The notes under the pieces were generated by a model. The model was not told the DNA's origin. It saw only the letters and a list, made by a program, of their open reading frames with translations, and ran no database searches. Of a stretch of DNA of 64,000 bases, positions 41,080 through 53,600 are shown one piece after another. A program made the translations under genes and the position numbers. Source of the stretch: Eledone cirrhosa (Eukaryota); assembly GCA_964016885.1 (NCBI GenBank), contig OZ024741.1:47058001-47122000 (forward strand), in the 5' to 3' direction. Within the stretch, counting starts at the first letter, position 1. Each line of letters begins with the position of its first letter.

Positions 41080-44000
41080 ATGACCTCACTCAGAATAGGC
41101 AGCATAAATGCGCGTGGCTTGGGTCGGCATGGAAGCAGGGCCACCTGCTCAACGACCTCAGGTCACTAAACATAGATGTAGTGGCCATCAGCGAGACCAG
41201 AATCTCCGAAGCACGGGCCTTCGCACCGATCTTCGGCGGCTACGATGTGCACGCATCTCCCAGCCGTCCGGGATCGGGGGGGCGGAGTTGCTGTGCTTTT
41301 TCGGAGAGGTTTGGATCTCGCCATACGGGCCATCTTCCTGGACCCAGAAGGTAAGTTGGTGGTGCTGGACGTGACCAGCGGAGAAGGGCAAGCTTTCAGG
41401 TTAGTGGCCATCTATGCCCTGACAGGAGCAGGGCGGCCTGATTTCTTCTGGCGTCTGGAGACCTTTCTTGGAACGTCCCGCTCTTTAGTGTTAGTGGGCG
41501 ACTGGAACAGGATCTTAGATGCACGCTAGGACTGTGTGGGATTAGCGGATAGGGGAGGAGGGTGCAAGAGTCTCACCAACCTGCTCAGGCATTTTGAACT
41601 GTCTGACAGGTACCGATTGGATTTCCCGAATGTGCCAATGTGGACTTGGACAAATTGCATAGGGTCATCCAGATCATATCTAGATAGAGTATTTTGTAGG
41701 GAAATAGATAGGTCTAGCATAGGCTGTCCACAATTCAAGATAGTCAGCTACACGGACCACAAATTCGTGAACTGTGTGCTTTACTTAGATAGGCTTCATA
41801 GACGAGGACCCGGCTACTGGAAGCTAAACGCATCCTTACCAGCGTGCAAGGCCTACAGAGACCGGATTAGCGAACTAGTTAAGCGAGCGTTGACGGGGGC
41901 CATCGTCAACAACAAGTGGTGGTTTGCTCTGAAAAGAGCAATTAGAATAGAGTCCATTAGGTTTAGTAAGGCTTTAGCAATAGAGAAAAATAGAGCAGAG
42001 GGAGAATTAGTTAGAAAATTAGACGAGGCGCTTAGCAAAGGCATCGCGACCGACGTACTTGCGGCGAAACTGGCCCTTGACCAATTCTTCAATGCAAAGC
42101 ACGAAGGCTGCGTTGTCAGAGCTAGGGGGCGTGCTCTCAGACACGAGGGGACGAAAGCCGTTCAATGGGCCCGAGTGGCGGAGGCGCGTCGTGGTAACAA
42201 AGCCACGATCCGGTCTTTGGTGGATCACGGCGGGCGCATGCTACTCGATCCCGGGCAAATGTGTGAAGCTTTTCAGCGACACTTCACTCAGCTGTTCGGA
42301 GGCAGCGGTGGGCCGGGTCGAGGGATGGACTTTAGTGTCTACCTCGACGGACTGCCGCGGCTCACGGCCCCTGAGGCAGTGTGTTGCTAAAAGCCGATAA
42401 CAGCCGCTGAAGTACGGGAAGCAATGACTGGCTGCACAAGGGGTTAATCGCCTGGTTTGGATGGTCTGCCCTATGAACTTTACTTACAAATGCCAGACTT
42501 GTTCGGAGGCCTCTTGGCGGACGTCTACTGCAACTGGCAACAGAATGGAAGAATTCCCAGCTCTGTGAGCCGAGGAGCGGTGGCGCTGCTGAGAAAGGAT
42601 CCGAACAAGGGGGATACATAGATAATTTTAGGCCCATAACTCTGCTAAACAGAGTTCAAGATTTTGGCCAAGCTCCTAGCAAAGAGGTTGGCGCTTGTCG
42701 TTGGTGGTCTGGTGGGAGAGGCGCAGACATGAGCCATTCCCGACAGATCCATCCACGACAACCTCCACCTCATGCAATACATCGTATAGAGGGTAGCTAG
42801 GAAACCTGGCACGGGTGGGTCCTTGATCAATTTAGATCAGTCGAAAACTTTCAATAGGGTCGACCATCGTTACCTAGCGGCAGTCCTGAGGGCGGCTGGC
42901 TTTGGGCCCGTCTTCAGAGGCTGGATCGCTGCCATGCACAGACGACATCTGCTCTGTGGTGAGAGTGAACGGTCACCTTTCAGAACCGTTCAACATCATG
43001 CGCTCGGTCCGCCAAGGATGTCCCCTCTCGTCCCTCTTGTACGCATTGACTCTCGAGCCATTACTGCACAAACTGGAGACGTTGAGGGGGGTCCCGCGCG
43101 AACTAGGATGCGGAAGATCCGTGTCAGCATATGCGGACGATGTCACCGTAGTGGTGTCGAACGCCAAACGAATCGAGGCGATCGGCACTACACTAAGAGA
43201 ATACGAAGCGGTGACAGGAGCAATGATCAACCAGGAAAAGTCAGTGGGCCTGAAGCTCGGCACCTGGAGAGGCAGGTGCATGCCGTCCAACAGCGTCGTC
43301 GGCGCTGGACGGACGGACCGGTTAAATTGCTAGGGGTCTGGTTCGGTCCGGACCTTCAGACGGACAAAAACTGGGACGAGGTGACGAGCAGGGTGGCTTC
43401 TCTCACCCAGAAATGGGCGGAGAGAAAGCTATCCCTGAAAGGTCGAGCGGAGGTGGCTAACGCGTACATCGTGTCCATCATCTACTACCGCCTGACCGTA
43501 GTACCTTGTCCTAAGCCCCGCCTGACTGCGCTGGAGCGTTTGCTCTTTCGCTTTTTGTGGAAGGGACGCGCTCCGATGGTCAGGCGGTCCATCTGCTGTC
43601 AACACCCGCTACGTGGAGGGCTGGGCATGCCGTGGCTGATAATGCGCAGACACGCGCTCAGGCTACGACATGACCTCTTCCTCGACGGTGATCAGGTGTG
43701 GTCGCCGTTTGCTAGACACGTCTTCCCCCAGCTCGTCTCCTCGACGGAGCTGCAGTCCTGAGTCAAGCGAAGACCGAGAGGGGCCGCTTGGAGACTGAAA
43801 TGTCTTCAGGCGCTCACAGCCCTCAACTAATCGGGCAATGTGATCGGTGGAAACTCCACCATGGCGTTCTATAGAGGATTAGTGGAGGGGAAGAGCGACG
43901 ACGTACTTGGAGAAACTCTAGGCTTCGACGAAAATCAACTAGCCAATCTCTTCGGAAGGACTTTCGGGCCGGGGCCTATGGACAACTTCCAGAAATCCCT

Positions 44001-44485
44001 GGCCCAGCAGTGCTACCGAGGAGCTTTGCCAGTTCGGAATAAACTCTACAGGCATGGAGGTGCCGTCAGCCGGGCATATCCGAGATGCGCGCAGGGAGAC
44101 GAAACCGTCCTGCACGCACTCGTCCAGTATCCGAGCATTGCTGACTTGTGGGTTTATGTCAAACACCTGCTGTCACGTGTAGGATGGAACCAGCTATCAG
44201 CTGAGTCCATCGTGAGGATTTCCCGCCCTCTTCCTCTAGCCGGGAAGGGCAGGCAGTTTTTATCTGCCTGGTGGCCATGGCGAAAGAGATAGTATGGTGG
44301 ACACGTTTGAAAGGGCTGAAGACGAGCACTTACCTCTTTGGTGATGCCCTGATTAACTTTTTCAAATTTCATTTGAAAAGGAAAATCAGGGTAGAGTGCT
44401 CTCTTCCCAGCATTTTGTTGAAAGATAGGTGAGAGAAGCAAGTATGGCCCGAGTGAATGGGCCTACTCTGAGTATGTGTCTGTAA
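41080..44485 (+). pseudogene. Tx1/L1 ORF2 (APE endonuclease + RT), multiple frameshifts and stops
   Basis: MTSLRIGSINARGL, ISET, VGDWN, SYLDR, TDH, GYWKLN, PGLDGLP, LDQSKTFNRVDH, VRQGCPLS, AYADD, GGLG. Confidence 0.92.
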
Positions 44486-45765
44486 ATTAAAGGTGGAAAT
44501 CTGGGAGAGGGCACTTGCCCTGGTGGTCAGGGTCACTGTGGCCTTTTAATGGGCTTTCTACACAAATGTCCCTCGGAAGTCTCCCCTCTATTGGGGAATT
44601 TTTCATTGTTATTTTTTATTACATCCTGTTTTTTTACACGCAGATATGCCCATTTGTACCGTCCTGTATTGTTCTGTACTGTCCTTAATGTCTACTTTAT
44701 GTAAACCCTTGTGGTTAATAAAGAAAGCATTATTCATTTTTATTCTTATGTGACGGTATTTTTATTATTATATTTTTTCTTATAATTATTTGTGTGTGAG
44801 TATGTAGAGGTGTGTGTACATATTTCTATATTTGTGCATGCGTATGTATGCGTGTATATATGCGTCTATGTATGTGTATGTATGTACGTGTGTATATATG
44901 TATGATTGTGTGTATGTATGTGTATATATATATGTATGTATGTGTATGTATATGTATGTATGTATATATGTGTATATGTATGTGTGTGTATGTATGTATA
45001 TATATATATTTTTATATATATATGTGTGTATGTCTATACATGTTTGTGTATTTGTATGTATCTGTATGTATGGATATGTTGATAATTATGTGTGTATGTA
45101 TGTATGTGTATATGTATATATATACACATATATGTGTGTGTGTGTGTGTATATGTGTGTGTATGTATGTGTGTATGTATATATATATATGTGTATGTATA
45201 TATTTGTATGCGTGTGTGCATGCGCATGTGTGTTTATTTTTCCTATCCTTCTTCCTTTTCCAGCCTCACTTTCATATAGATTATATTTTTGTTTGTAAAA
45301 TCCAATGCCAATAAATACACCATGATTTTTTCATTCTGATGAATGAAAGCAAAATTTGTTTGCTTTTAAGAAACCACTGGTAAATGAAATAATTGCCTTA
45401 TGTTGTTTATTACATAACTATATATACATATATATATACATACATACATACATACATACATACATACATACATACATACATACATACATACATACATACA
45501 TACATACATGCATATACATACATATATATATACATACATATATATATACATATATATATATATACATATACATATATATATACATACATATACATATACA
45601 TACATATATACATACATACATACATATATACATACATACATATATACATACATACATAAATACATATACATACATAAATACATATATATATACATACATA
45701 TATATATACATACATATATATATACATACATATATATATACATACATACATACATATATACATAC

Positions 45766-48116
45766 AGAAACAGCTCTACAGAAAATGTCGAATAGGAAAT
45801 CGCCAGGCCCAGACCTCATTACAGGATACTGGTTGAAGAATTTCACTTTCTATTGGCAAGATCTCATACGGCTGTTTACAGAAACCATTAAGGGCACACA
45901 AGAAATGCCCAGATGGTTATCAACTGCCTCTACTCTCCTCATTCCCAAAAATAGCCAAATCACCCTTGCTAAAAATTACCGCCCAATTGTCTGCCAAAAC
46001 ATCATGTATAAATTATATACTGGGTGCCTTAACCTGTTCTTACAGGATCACTGTGCTACCAACAACATCATAACACCTGAGCAAGCTGGTGGAAAGGGGG
46101 AGGTGTGGGGTTGCATAGATCACCTACTAACTAACAAAATGATTCAGGAAAAAACAACAAAGAATCGCAGAAACATGACTGTCGTGTGGCTGGACTATCA
46201 AAAAGCATTTGATAGTGTACCTCATGGGTGGATTGTTAAGGCTTTACAGTTAGCTAAAGTCCCACAACCATTGGTAGCTGCTGTTGAACGCCTGACCAAG
46301 AACTGGTACACCAGTTTGATCCTTAGAGGTGAGAAGGAGCAGGTTAAGACTGATAAGATACATTACCAGAAGGGCATCTTTCAGGGTGATAGCTTGTCAG
46401 TGCTACTCTTCGTTCTCTCACTGAATCCACTATCTTACCTACTCAGGAAACAAGGTGGACAAAGAAGTGGGACCAGAAGTATCTCCCATCTTTTCTTTGT
46501 TGATGACCTGAAGTTGTATGGGCCAAATATCAATGACATCAAGAAACAATTGGACCTCATTACACAATTTTCAACCGACATCAAAATGAAATTTGGTGAG
46601 TCCAAGTGTGCATATTTGGCAGTAAAACGTGGAAGAGCTGTGCCCTCCTCTAGAAATCTAGAGATGAACGGCCTGACAATACAACCTCTGCAGTCAGGTG
46701 ACAACTACAGATATCTTGGACAGGATGAGAATGTCAGATATGATGGACCCATAAATAAGGAGAGAACCAGAACTGAATACCTCAGAAGAGTAAAGAAAAT
46801 ATGGTCATCAGAACTGTCAGCATACAACAAATACATTGCCCACAATACTTATGCTGTGCCAATTCTAACGCCAACATTTGGCCTACTGAACTGGTCATTG
46901 CAAGAACTAAGTGAGATGGATGTTAGAACTCGAAAACTTCTCAGTGTTACTGACTGGGAACTTTAACATCAATGGTGATGTGGATAGGCTATACTTCTCA
47001 CGCAAGGAAGGTGGCCGGGGTCTAAAATCAATATTAACAACATATGAGACCCGGATAGTGACACTGAAGCAACACCTTCAACAGAGGAAAAAGGTTGGCA
47101 ACCATCTTGCCCAGGTTTATGACCATGAAAAAAGAAATATCATTAGAATAGCGACTGATCTGGAGGAGAGATATGGAATAAAGCCTGATATAAATCTCTC
47201 ACCCAGAGAAATCGGAAGATCCTATTCAATGTTCAAACAAGATAAAAAAATTGACCAATTTACAGAAAAAGTTGTGCATGGATACTTGAAGCGTAAAACA
47301 CAGACCATAGAGGGGATAAACCACTCAAAAAGCCTGGCATGGAGTTCCGACAAGTTTATGACATCACACCTTGAGGGATATCTCTATGCTATACAGGAAC
47401 AAGAACTCCCTACCAAATATCTGCTGCACAAAAGAGGAGGGCCAGCAGCTGACAATAAATGTAGGCTATGTAAAACAAAGATCGAGGATGTAAGCCACAT
47501 TGTTGCCAGCTGCGAAAGAATGTCATCTCGCTACTACCTCCCCATGAGACACGATGGGATAGCTAGAACCATCTGGAACGCACTTCGGAAAACAAAATTA
47601 ACAACAAACGAGGAAGAATATATTGAGACAGATGGCACTAAGGAATACTGGTGGAACCTGAAAATAAAAACTGCCACCAAATTAAAGCACAACCGGCCTG
47701 ATATTGTAGTTTGGGACCACACATTGAAAACGTGTTCTGTTGTGGAGATCAGCTGCCCACTTGATGTAAACGTTGTCAGAAAAATACAGGAGAAGGAGGA
47801 CATCTACGGACCATTGATGAGGAGTTTACAAATCCAGTATCCAAGATACACCTTTAGCTTCATACCCATCATTATTGGTGCTACGGGTTATATACCAACC
47901 CGCTTGGACCAAAGTATGACTGAACTTGGATTTGTGGACAAAAAGCGCAGCTCCCTAATTCATAGTCTACAAATGGCTGCGATAGCTGGCACCTTCAAAA
48001 TTTGCAAAACATTCTTGCGATTCAAGGGATGACAATTTCTTTTCTTTTACAACCTTGCCACCAGAAAGGTGGCCAGTCAAAAAAATATACTCAAAATTAA
48101 GAGAAAGAGAAAACAG
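45766..48116 (+). mobile_element. R4/Dong-like RLE non-LTR retrotransposon, 5'-truncated copy 1
   Basis: [41 protein letters not shown]; CRLC..HIVASC knuckle, RHD, RPDIVV..VEISCP restriction-like endonuclease; one frameshift at ~46950. Confidence 0.93.
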
Positions 48117-48147
48117 ACATATATACATACATACATATATACATACA

Positions 48148-50200
48148 TGACCTGCGCCCATTTGGGATGGAAATCTAGCCTGTAACTGTGAGCGGACCTG
48201 TGCCATCTCGCCGTGAGCAGTAGGTACGTAGCACATGCACGTGTTACCTTCCTATTCTGTGGTTTAAGATCTACAGGCTGACTTCGGGGAGCTCTTGCCC
48301 GGTGCTGTAGTCTTTCTAGCACAATCGGCCTTCCATATATTGACGGTCGTTGTTATTACCCCAAAAATAACGTTTTGGCCCCGATAGCCCTCCGTAGTTA
48401 TTAACGGTCTGTTTACACTTAAATCGGGTGACTACACGTGTGGGCATGCATCTCTTCGTAAGAATTTACTTTGATTAATTTTGCTGCATCTCCTCGTAAG
48501 AATTTATTTTGATTAATTTTGCTGGGAAAAAATATATTATCTGTGACCAGTGTGAGCGACTGTTGTGGGTTCTGCCTTTTGTTAGCCTGATAAGATATTT
48601 CTGTGTAATATATCCGCTTTGACCCGGGTGTCCTATGCTGTGTGTGTGTGCGTGTATGTCTGTATATACATTTATATGTGTATGAGTGTAGGTGGTTATA
48701 TATGTCTATATATAAATATATATATATATATACCGTCTCTGCATATGCATGTGGTGTGTGTATATGTATATACGTACTAACCATATTGTTGTGTATATTC
48801 TTGGGATGCCTCAATGTTGTGATTTCATGGATATTGGCTTTTGAAGCTATTTTTTATATGTGCTGTTGAGTCTCATATATTAAATGGTATGCATATTAAC
48901 CCGCCTAACCCAACTGTATTTGCTTGCTTTCGGCTAGCCCACCTGCACTTGCTTGCTTTCGCCCCACTTATCTGCCTCTTGATGTTCATGTTGATGTAAA
49001 CAAATTTTCTTGCTACCTTGTGACGTTGTGACACTCAGTTATCTGCCCATGGATGTTCCTGCTGCTGCATGTGAATTTACCTACCTTCCTTGCATATGTC
49101 CTTGCTAGTGATGTGGATATACTTCTGTTGACCAATAGATTCCTGCCCGAGTGTGAACCTTTTGTGATTGCCCCACCGCTCAACTATATGAATGCACACC
49201 CGTGACTTTAGAGTGTGAACTTCTGTGACTGCCCAACCTGGGATGTCTCCATTGCATTGCAATGGTCAACTCAATCGAGTGTGGACATAGCACCTGTTAA
49301 TTATAAATCTCATTTGAGCATTTGATTGTTGTGATATGGCTAACTGTAACACTTAAGGCGTTCGTGTGCCCCTGATATATTCAAAAAATATATATCTTAT
49401 CTCACTTTACTTTATTTTATTTTATTTCATTGTATTTTATTTTATATAATTTTATTTTATTTTATTCTTTACCCTTTATCTTTATTATCTGTATATTTTA
49501 TATATATTTTTTATATTTTTTATATATATTATTTGTCTATTTTTTATCTATTTTTATCTACTCTTATCTATCTTATCTATTTTTGTCTATTCCTTATCTA
49601 TTCTCTCTCTCTTATCCATGGTTAATCTATTTTTTATCTATGGTTAATCTATTTTTATCTTTTGTTTATCTTACTTTTACACATTGTATTTTTACCCATT
49701 GTATATCTACCATTTATCTCTTAGCTTTTGCATACTCGTCCATGATATGTTATTTGTATTAGTCTATACTATATGTGTTGCATATGGCTGCCTGTTGTGT
49801 GGTTGCATGCGGGTGCTCATGCTTATGCGTATGCTTGTATGTAACTGTATGTTAACAGCACCCTGCCCAACTGCGAGTGATAGCACCTCTTATTTTTCAA
49901 TGCTTATTCTTCAATGTTTATTTTTTATTTCTTCAATGTTTATTTTTTATTTTTTTACTTTTTACTATTCTTTATCCTACAATTTTATTTTCTACACTAT
50001 CTCACTCTATTCACTCTACTCTTTAAACTCCTCCCAACTTATGGCATCCCCATATATATTCTTCTGTCTTGGCTTTGTTAATGCTTGTGTAATATGTACT
50101 CTCTCTTTATGCTCTGATGAGTCCCACTTATAGTGTGGACGAAACACTGTTAGCAATTAAAGATATACCTATGTTCTAAGCGTTCTTTGTTGTTAATTAT
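48148..50200 (+). mobile_element. ~2-kb non-coding element ending in a hammerhead ribozyme (non-autonomous, PLE- or retrozyme-like)
   Basis: No RT/EN ORF; flanked by (TACA)n; 3' ~950 bp duplicated in inverted orientation at 8478-9447; 5' boundary uncertain. Confidence 0.6.
50105..50162 (+). ncRNA. Minimal type I hammerhead ribozyme, canonical core
   Basis: CTTTA-TGCT-CTGATGA-GTCC-CAC-TTATA-GTG-T-GGAC-GAAAC-ACT-GTT/AGCA-AT-TAAAG; predicted cut after GUU at 50151. Confidence 0.85.
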
Positions 50201-50328
50201 ATATACATACATACATATATATATACATACATACATATATACATACATACATACATATATATATATATATACATACATACATATATATATATATATACAT
50301 ACATATATACATACATACATACATATAC

Positions 50329-50359
<31 letters not shown>

Positions 50360-50612
50360 CATACATACATATATACATACATACATACATATATACATAC
50401 ATACATATATACATACATACATACATATATACATACATACATATATACATACATACATATATATATACATACATACATATATACATACATACATATATAT
50501 ATACATACATATATATATACATACATACATATATACATACATACATATATACATACATACATATATACATACATACATATATACATACATACATATATAT
50601 ATATACATACAT

Positions 50613-53600
50613 AAAAAACTAACTGAAAAGAAATATTACCCAAGCTGTGAATAACTTTAAATTTGATTCTGACAGAACTTTGTCGAAACTTTTAAAGAAG
50701 ATCATCGACTATTTTGAAAAATAAATACGAAATATTAGTGGATAGATGAACTCATCATGGCAAAACGTATAAGTCTTCTTCGACCAAATCGCAACTACAA
50801 CCGCTGTATACAGTGGAGCTACGAGCTTAACAAAGAATTATATGAAGCATACAAACAATCTGAACCCCAAAAGTTTGGTTTTATGCAAAGGCTAAAAACT
50901 TTATGGAACTCCAAACACCCAGAATTAGACTTTTCTCCAAAGCATCTAAATGAACAGGCAAAACGTATCATTAGTTGTAAATTGATACATCTAACGGAAT
51001 TGAGTGATACTACAAATACAGCCCTTGTAGACAACGACCCCACCTCCACTGACAGACAAAGAGAATGGCCAGCTAAATCTAACAGTGAACAGCTCACCAA
51101 CAATTTTGCTGAAATCCATCCCACTTCCACTGAAGAACAGCGAGAAAGGTCAGCTAATTCTAGTAGTAATTGTCACCACATCAACAATGAGGCTGAAATT
51201 CATGACTCTACTGAACAAACAGAACACCAAAAACTTGTGGATACCTTACAAGTGATTTGGGATGATATGTTTCAAGAGATACACAGCCTTAATGTGAGTG
51301 ACAGACCATACAACACCAGAATCAGTAAAGAACCCACTAAATTGGAATTGGAAGCGGTGAACGAAATAGCTGGCAATTATCTGAAGGCTATACGATCTAA
51401 AGGTGTAGAAACGACATTTGAAACGCTTAATGTTTTGTTATATGTTTCAGCTGTCACATTGCTATCATATAACACACATCTAAAACCACGCAATCAAGAT
51501 ACAAACAGAAAGCCTGAACCAGCGTGGATGCGAAATTTAAAAAGCAAAATTTTGTCCCTGAGACGAAGTATCTCACACATCGCAGTCGTTATGAAATGCA
51601 ACATAGAGAGCAACTTCACACGACACCAGGAAGACCTAAAACAAAAGTTAGAGACGATTTGGAGATACAAAATTTAAAACTTTGAACTCCAAATTACACC
51701 AGTTGAAACAACAACTCACAGCTACAACAGAAAGACTAAAATATAAGTCAACAGCACATAAACGACAAGTGCTAAATAGATTGTTTGCCAGAGATCCTAA
51801 ATCAGTTTATCGCAGCTTCGGTGGCAAAAGCTAAATCCCTGTAAATGACACCCCTTCAAAAGAACAGGTTGAGAGCTACTGGAGATCTGTATGGGAAACG
51901 GATGACGGATTCAACAGACAAACTAATTGGCTAAAAGAACTGGAACAGTACTACTGCCAACATGTCCAGACAAAACAATATGACATAGATGGGTCAATAC
52001 TGGAAACAGCTCTACAGAAAATGTCGAATAGGAAATCACCAGGCCCAGACCTCATTATAGGATACTGGTTGAAGAATTTCACTTTCTATCGGCAAGATCT
52101 CATACGGCTGTTTACAGAAACCAATAAAGGAACACAAGAACTGCCCAGATGGTTATCAACTGCCACTACTCTTCTCATTCCCCAAAATAGCCAAACCACC
52201 CTTGCTAAAAATTACCGCCCAATAGCCTGCCAAAACATCATGTATAAATTATATACTGGGTGCCTTAACCTGTTCTTACAAGATCACTGTGCTACCAACA
52301 AAATCATAACACCTGAGCAAGCTGGTGGAAAGAGGGAGGTGTGGGGTTGCATAGATCACCTACTAACTAATAAAATGATTCAAGAAAAAAGAACAAAGAA
52401 TCGCAGAAACATGACTGGTGTGGCTGGACTATCAAAAAGCATTTGATAGTGTACCTCATGGGTGGATTATTAAGGCTTTACAGTTAGTCAAAGTCCCACA
52501 ACCATTGGTAGCTGCTGTTGAATGCCTGACCAAGAACTGGTACATCAATTTGATCCTTAGAGGTGAGAAGGAGCAAGTTAAAACTGATAAGATACATTAC
52601 CAGAAGGGCATCTTTCAGGGTGATAGCTTGTCAGTGCTACTCTTCGTTCTCTCACTAAATCCACTATCTTACCTACTCAGGAAACAAGGTGGACAAAGAA
52701 GTGGGTCCAGAAGTATCTCCCATCTTTTCTTTGTTGATGACCTGAAGTTGTATAGGCCAAATATCAACGACATCAAGAAACAATTGGACCTCATTACACA
52801 ATTTTCAACAGACATCAAAATGAAATTTGGTGTGTCCAAGTGTGCATATTTGGCAGTAAAACGTGGAAGAGCTGTGCCCTCCTCTAGAAATCTAGAGATG
52901 AACGGCCTGACAATACAACCTCTACAGTCAGGTGACAACTACAGATATCGTAGACAGGATGAGAATGTCAAATATGATGGACCCATAAATAAGGAGAGAA
53001 CCAGAACTGAATACCTCAGAAGAGTGAAGAAAATATGGTCATCAGAACTGTCAGCGTACAACAAATACATTGCCCACAATACTTATGCTGTGCCAATTCT
53101 AACGCCAACATTTGGCCTGCTGAACTGGTCTTTGCAAGAACTAAGTGAGATGGATGTTAGAACTCGAAAACTTCTCAATGTTACTGGGAACTTTAACATC
53201 AATGGTGATGTGGATAGGCTATACTTCTCACGCAAGGAAGGTGGCCGGGGTCTAAAATCCATATTAACAACATATGAGACCCGGATAATAACACTGAAGC
53301 AACACCTTCAACAGACGAAAAAAGTTGGCAACCATCTTGCCCAGGTTTATGAGCATGAAAAAAAAAATATCATTACAATAGCGACTGATCTGGAGGAGAG
53401 ATATGGAATAAAGCCCGATATAAATCTCTCACCCAGAGAAATCGGAAGATCCTATTCAATGTTCAAACAAGATGAAAAAATTGACCAATTTACAGAAAAA
53501 GTTGTGCATGAATACTTGAGACGTAAAACACAGACCATAGAGGGGATAAACCACTCAAAAAGCCTGGCATGGAGTTCCGACAGGTTTATGACATCACACC
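50613..53600 (+). mobile_element. R4/Dong-like LINE copy 2, 5'-complete, 3'-disrupted by the tandem array
   Basis: ORF from 50757 with an R4-like N-terminus (WSYELNKELYEAY..GFMQRLKTLW..HP); RT nearly identical to copy 1; frameshifts and stops; breaks at ...ACATCACACC (53600). Confidence 0.9.

Larger units (their letters stand above)
34609..44735 (+). mobile_element. Tx1/L1-clade LINE, apparently full length, interrupted in ORF1 by a Gypsy element
   Basis: ORF1 (34822-36139 and 40482-41045) with zinc knuckle CVVCGEGTHLRAFC; ORF2 with APE, RT and C-terminal region; 3' AATAAA and (TTA)-rich tail. Confidence 0.9.

Noticed and set aside
50669-50695. CTGACAG..TGTC-GAAAC in the R4 5' UTR as a hammerhead
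   Set aside because: The CUGA overlaps the hairpin stem, there is no NGA, and no stems I or III
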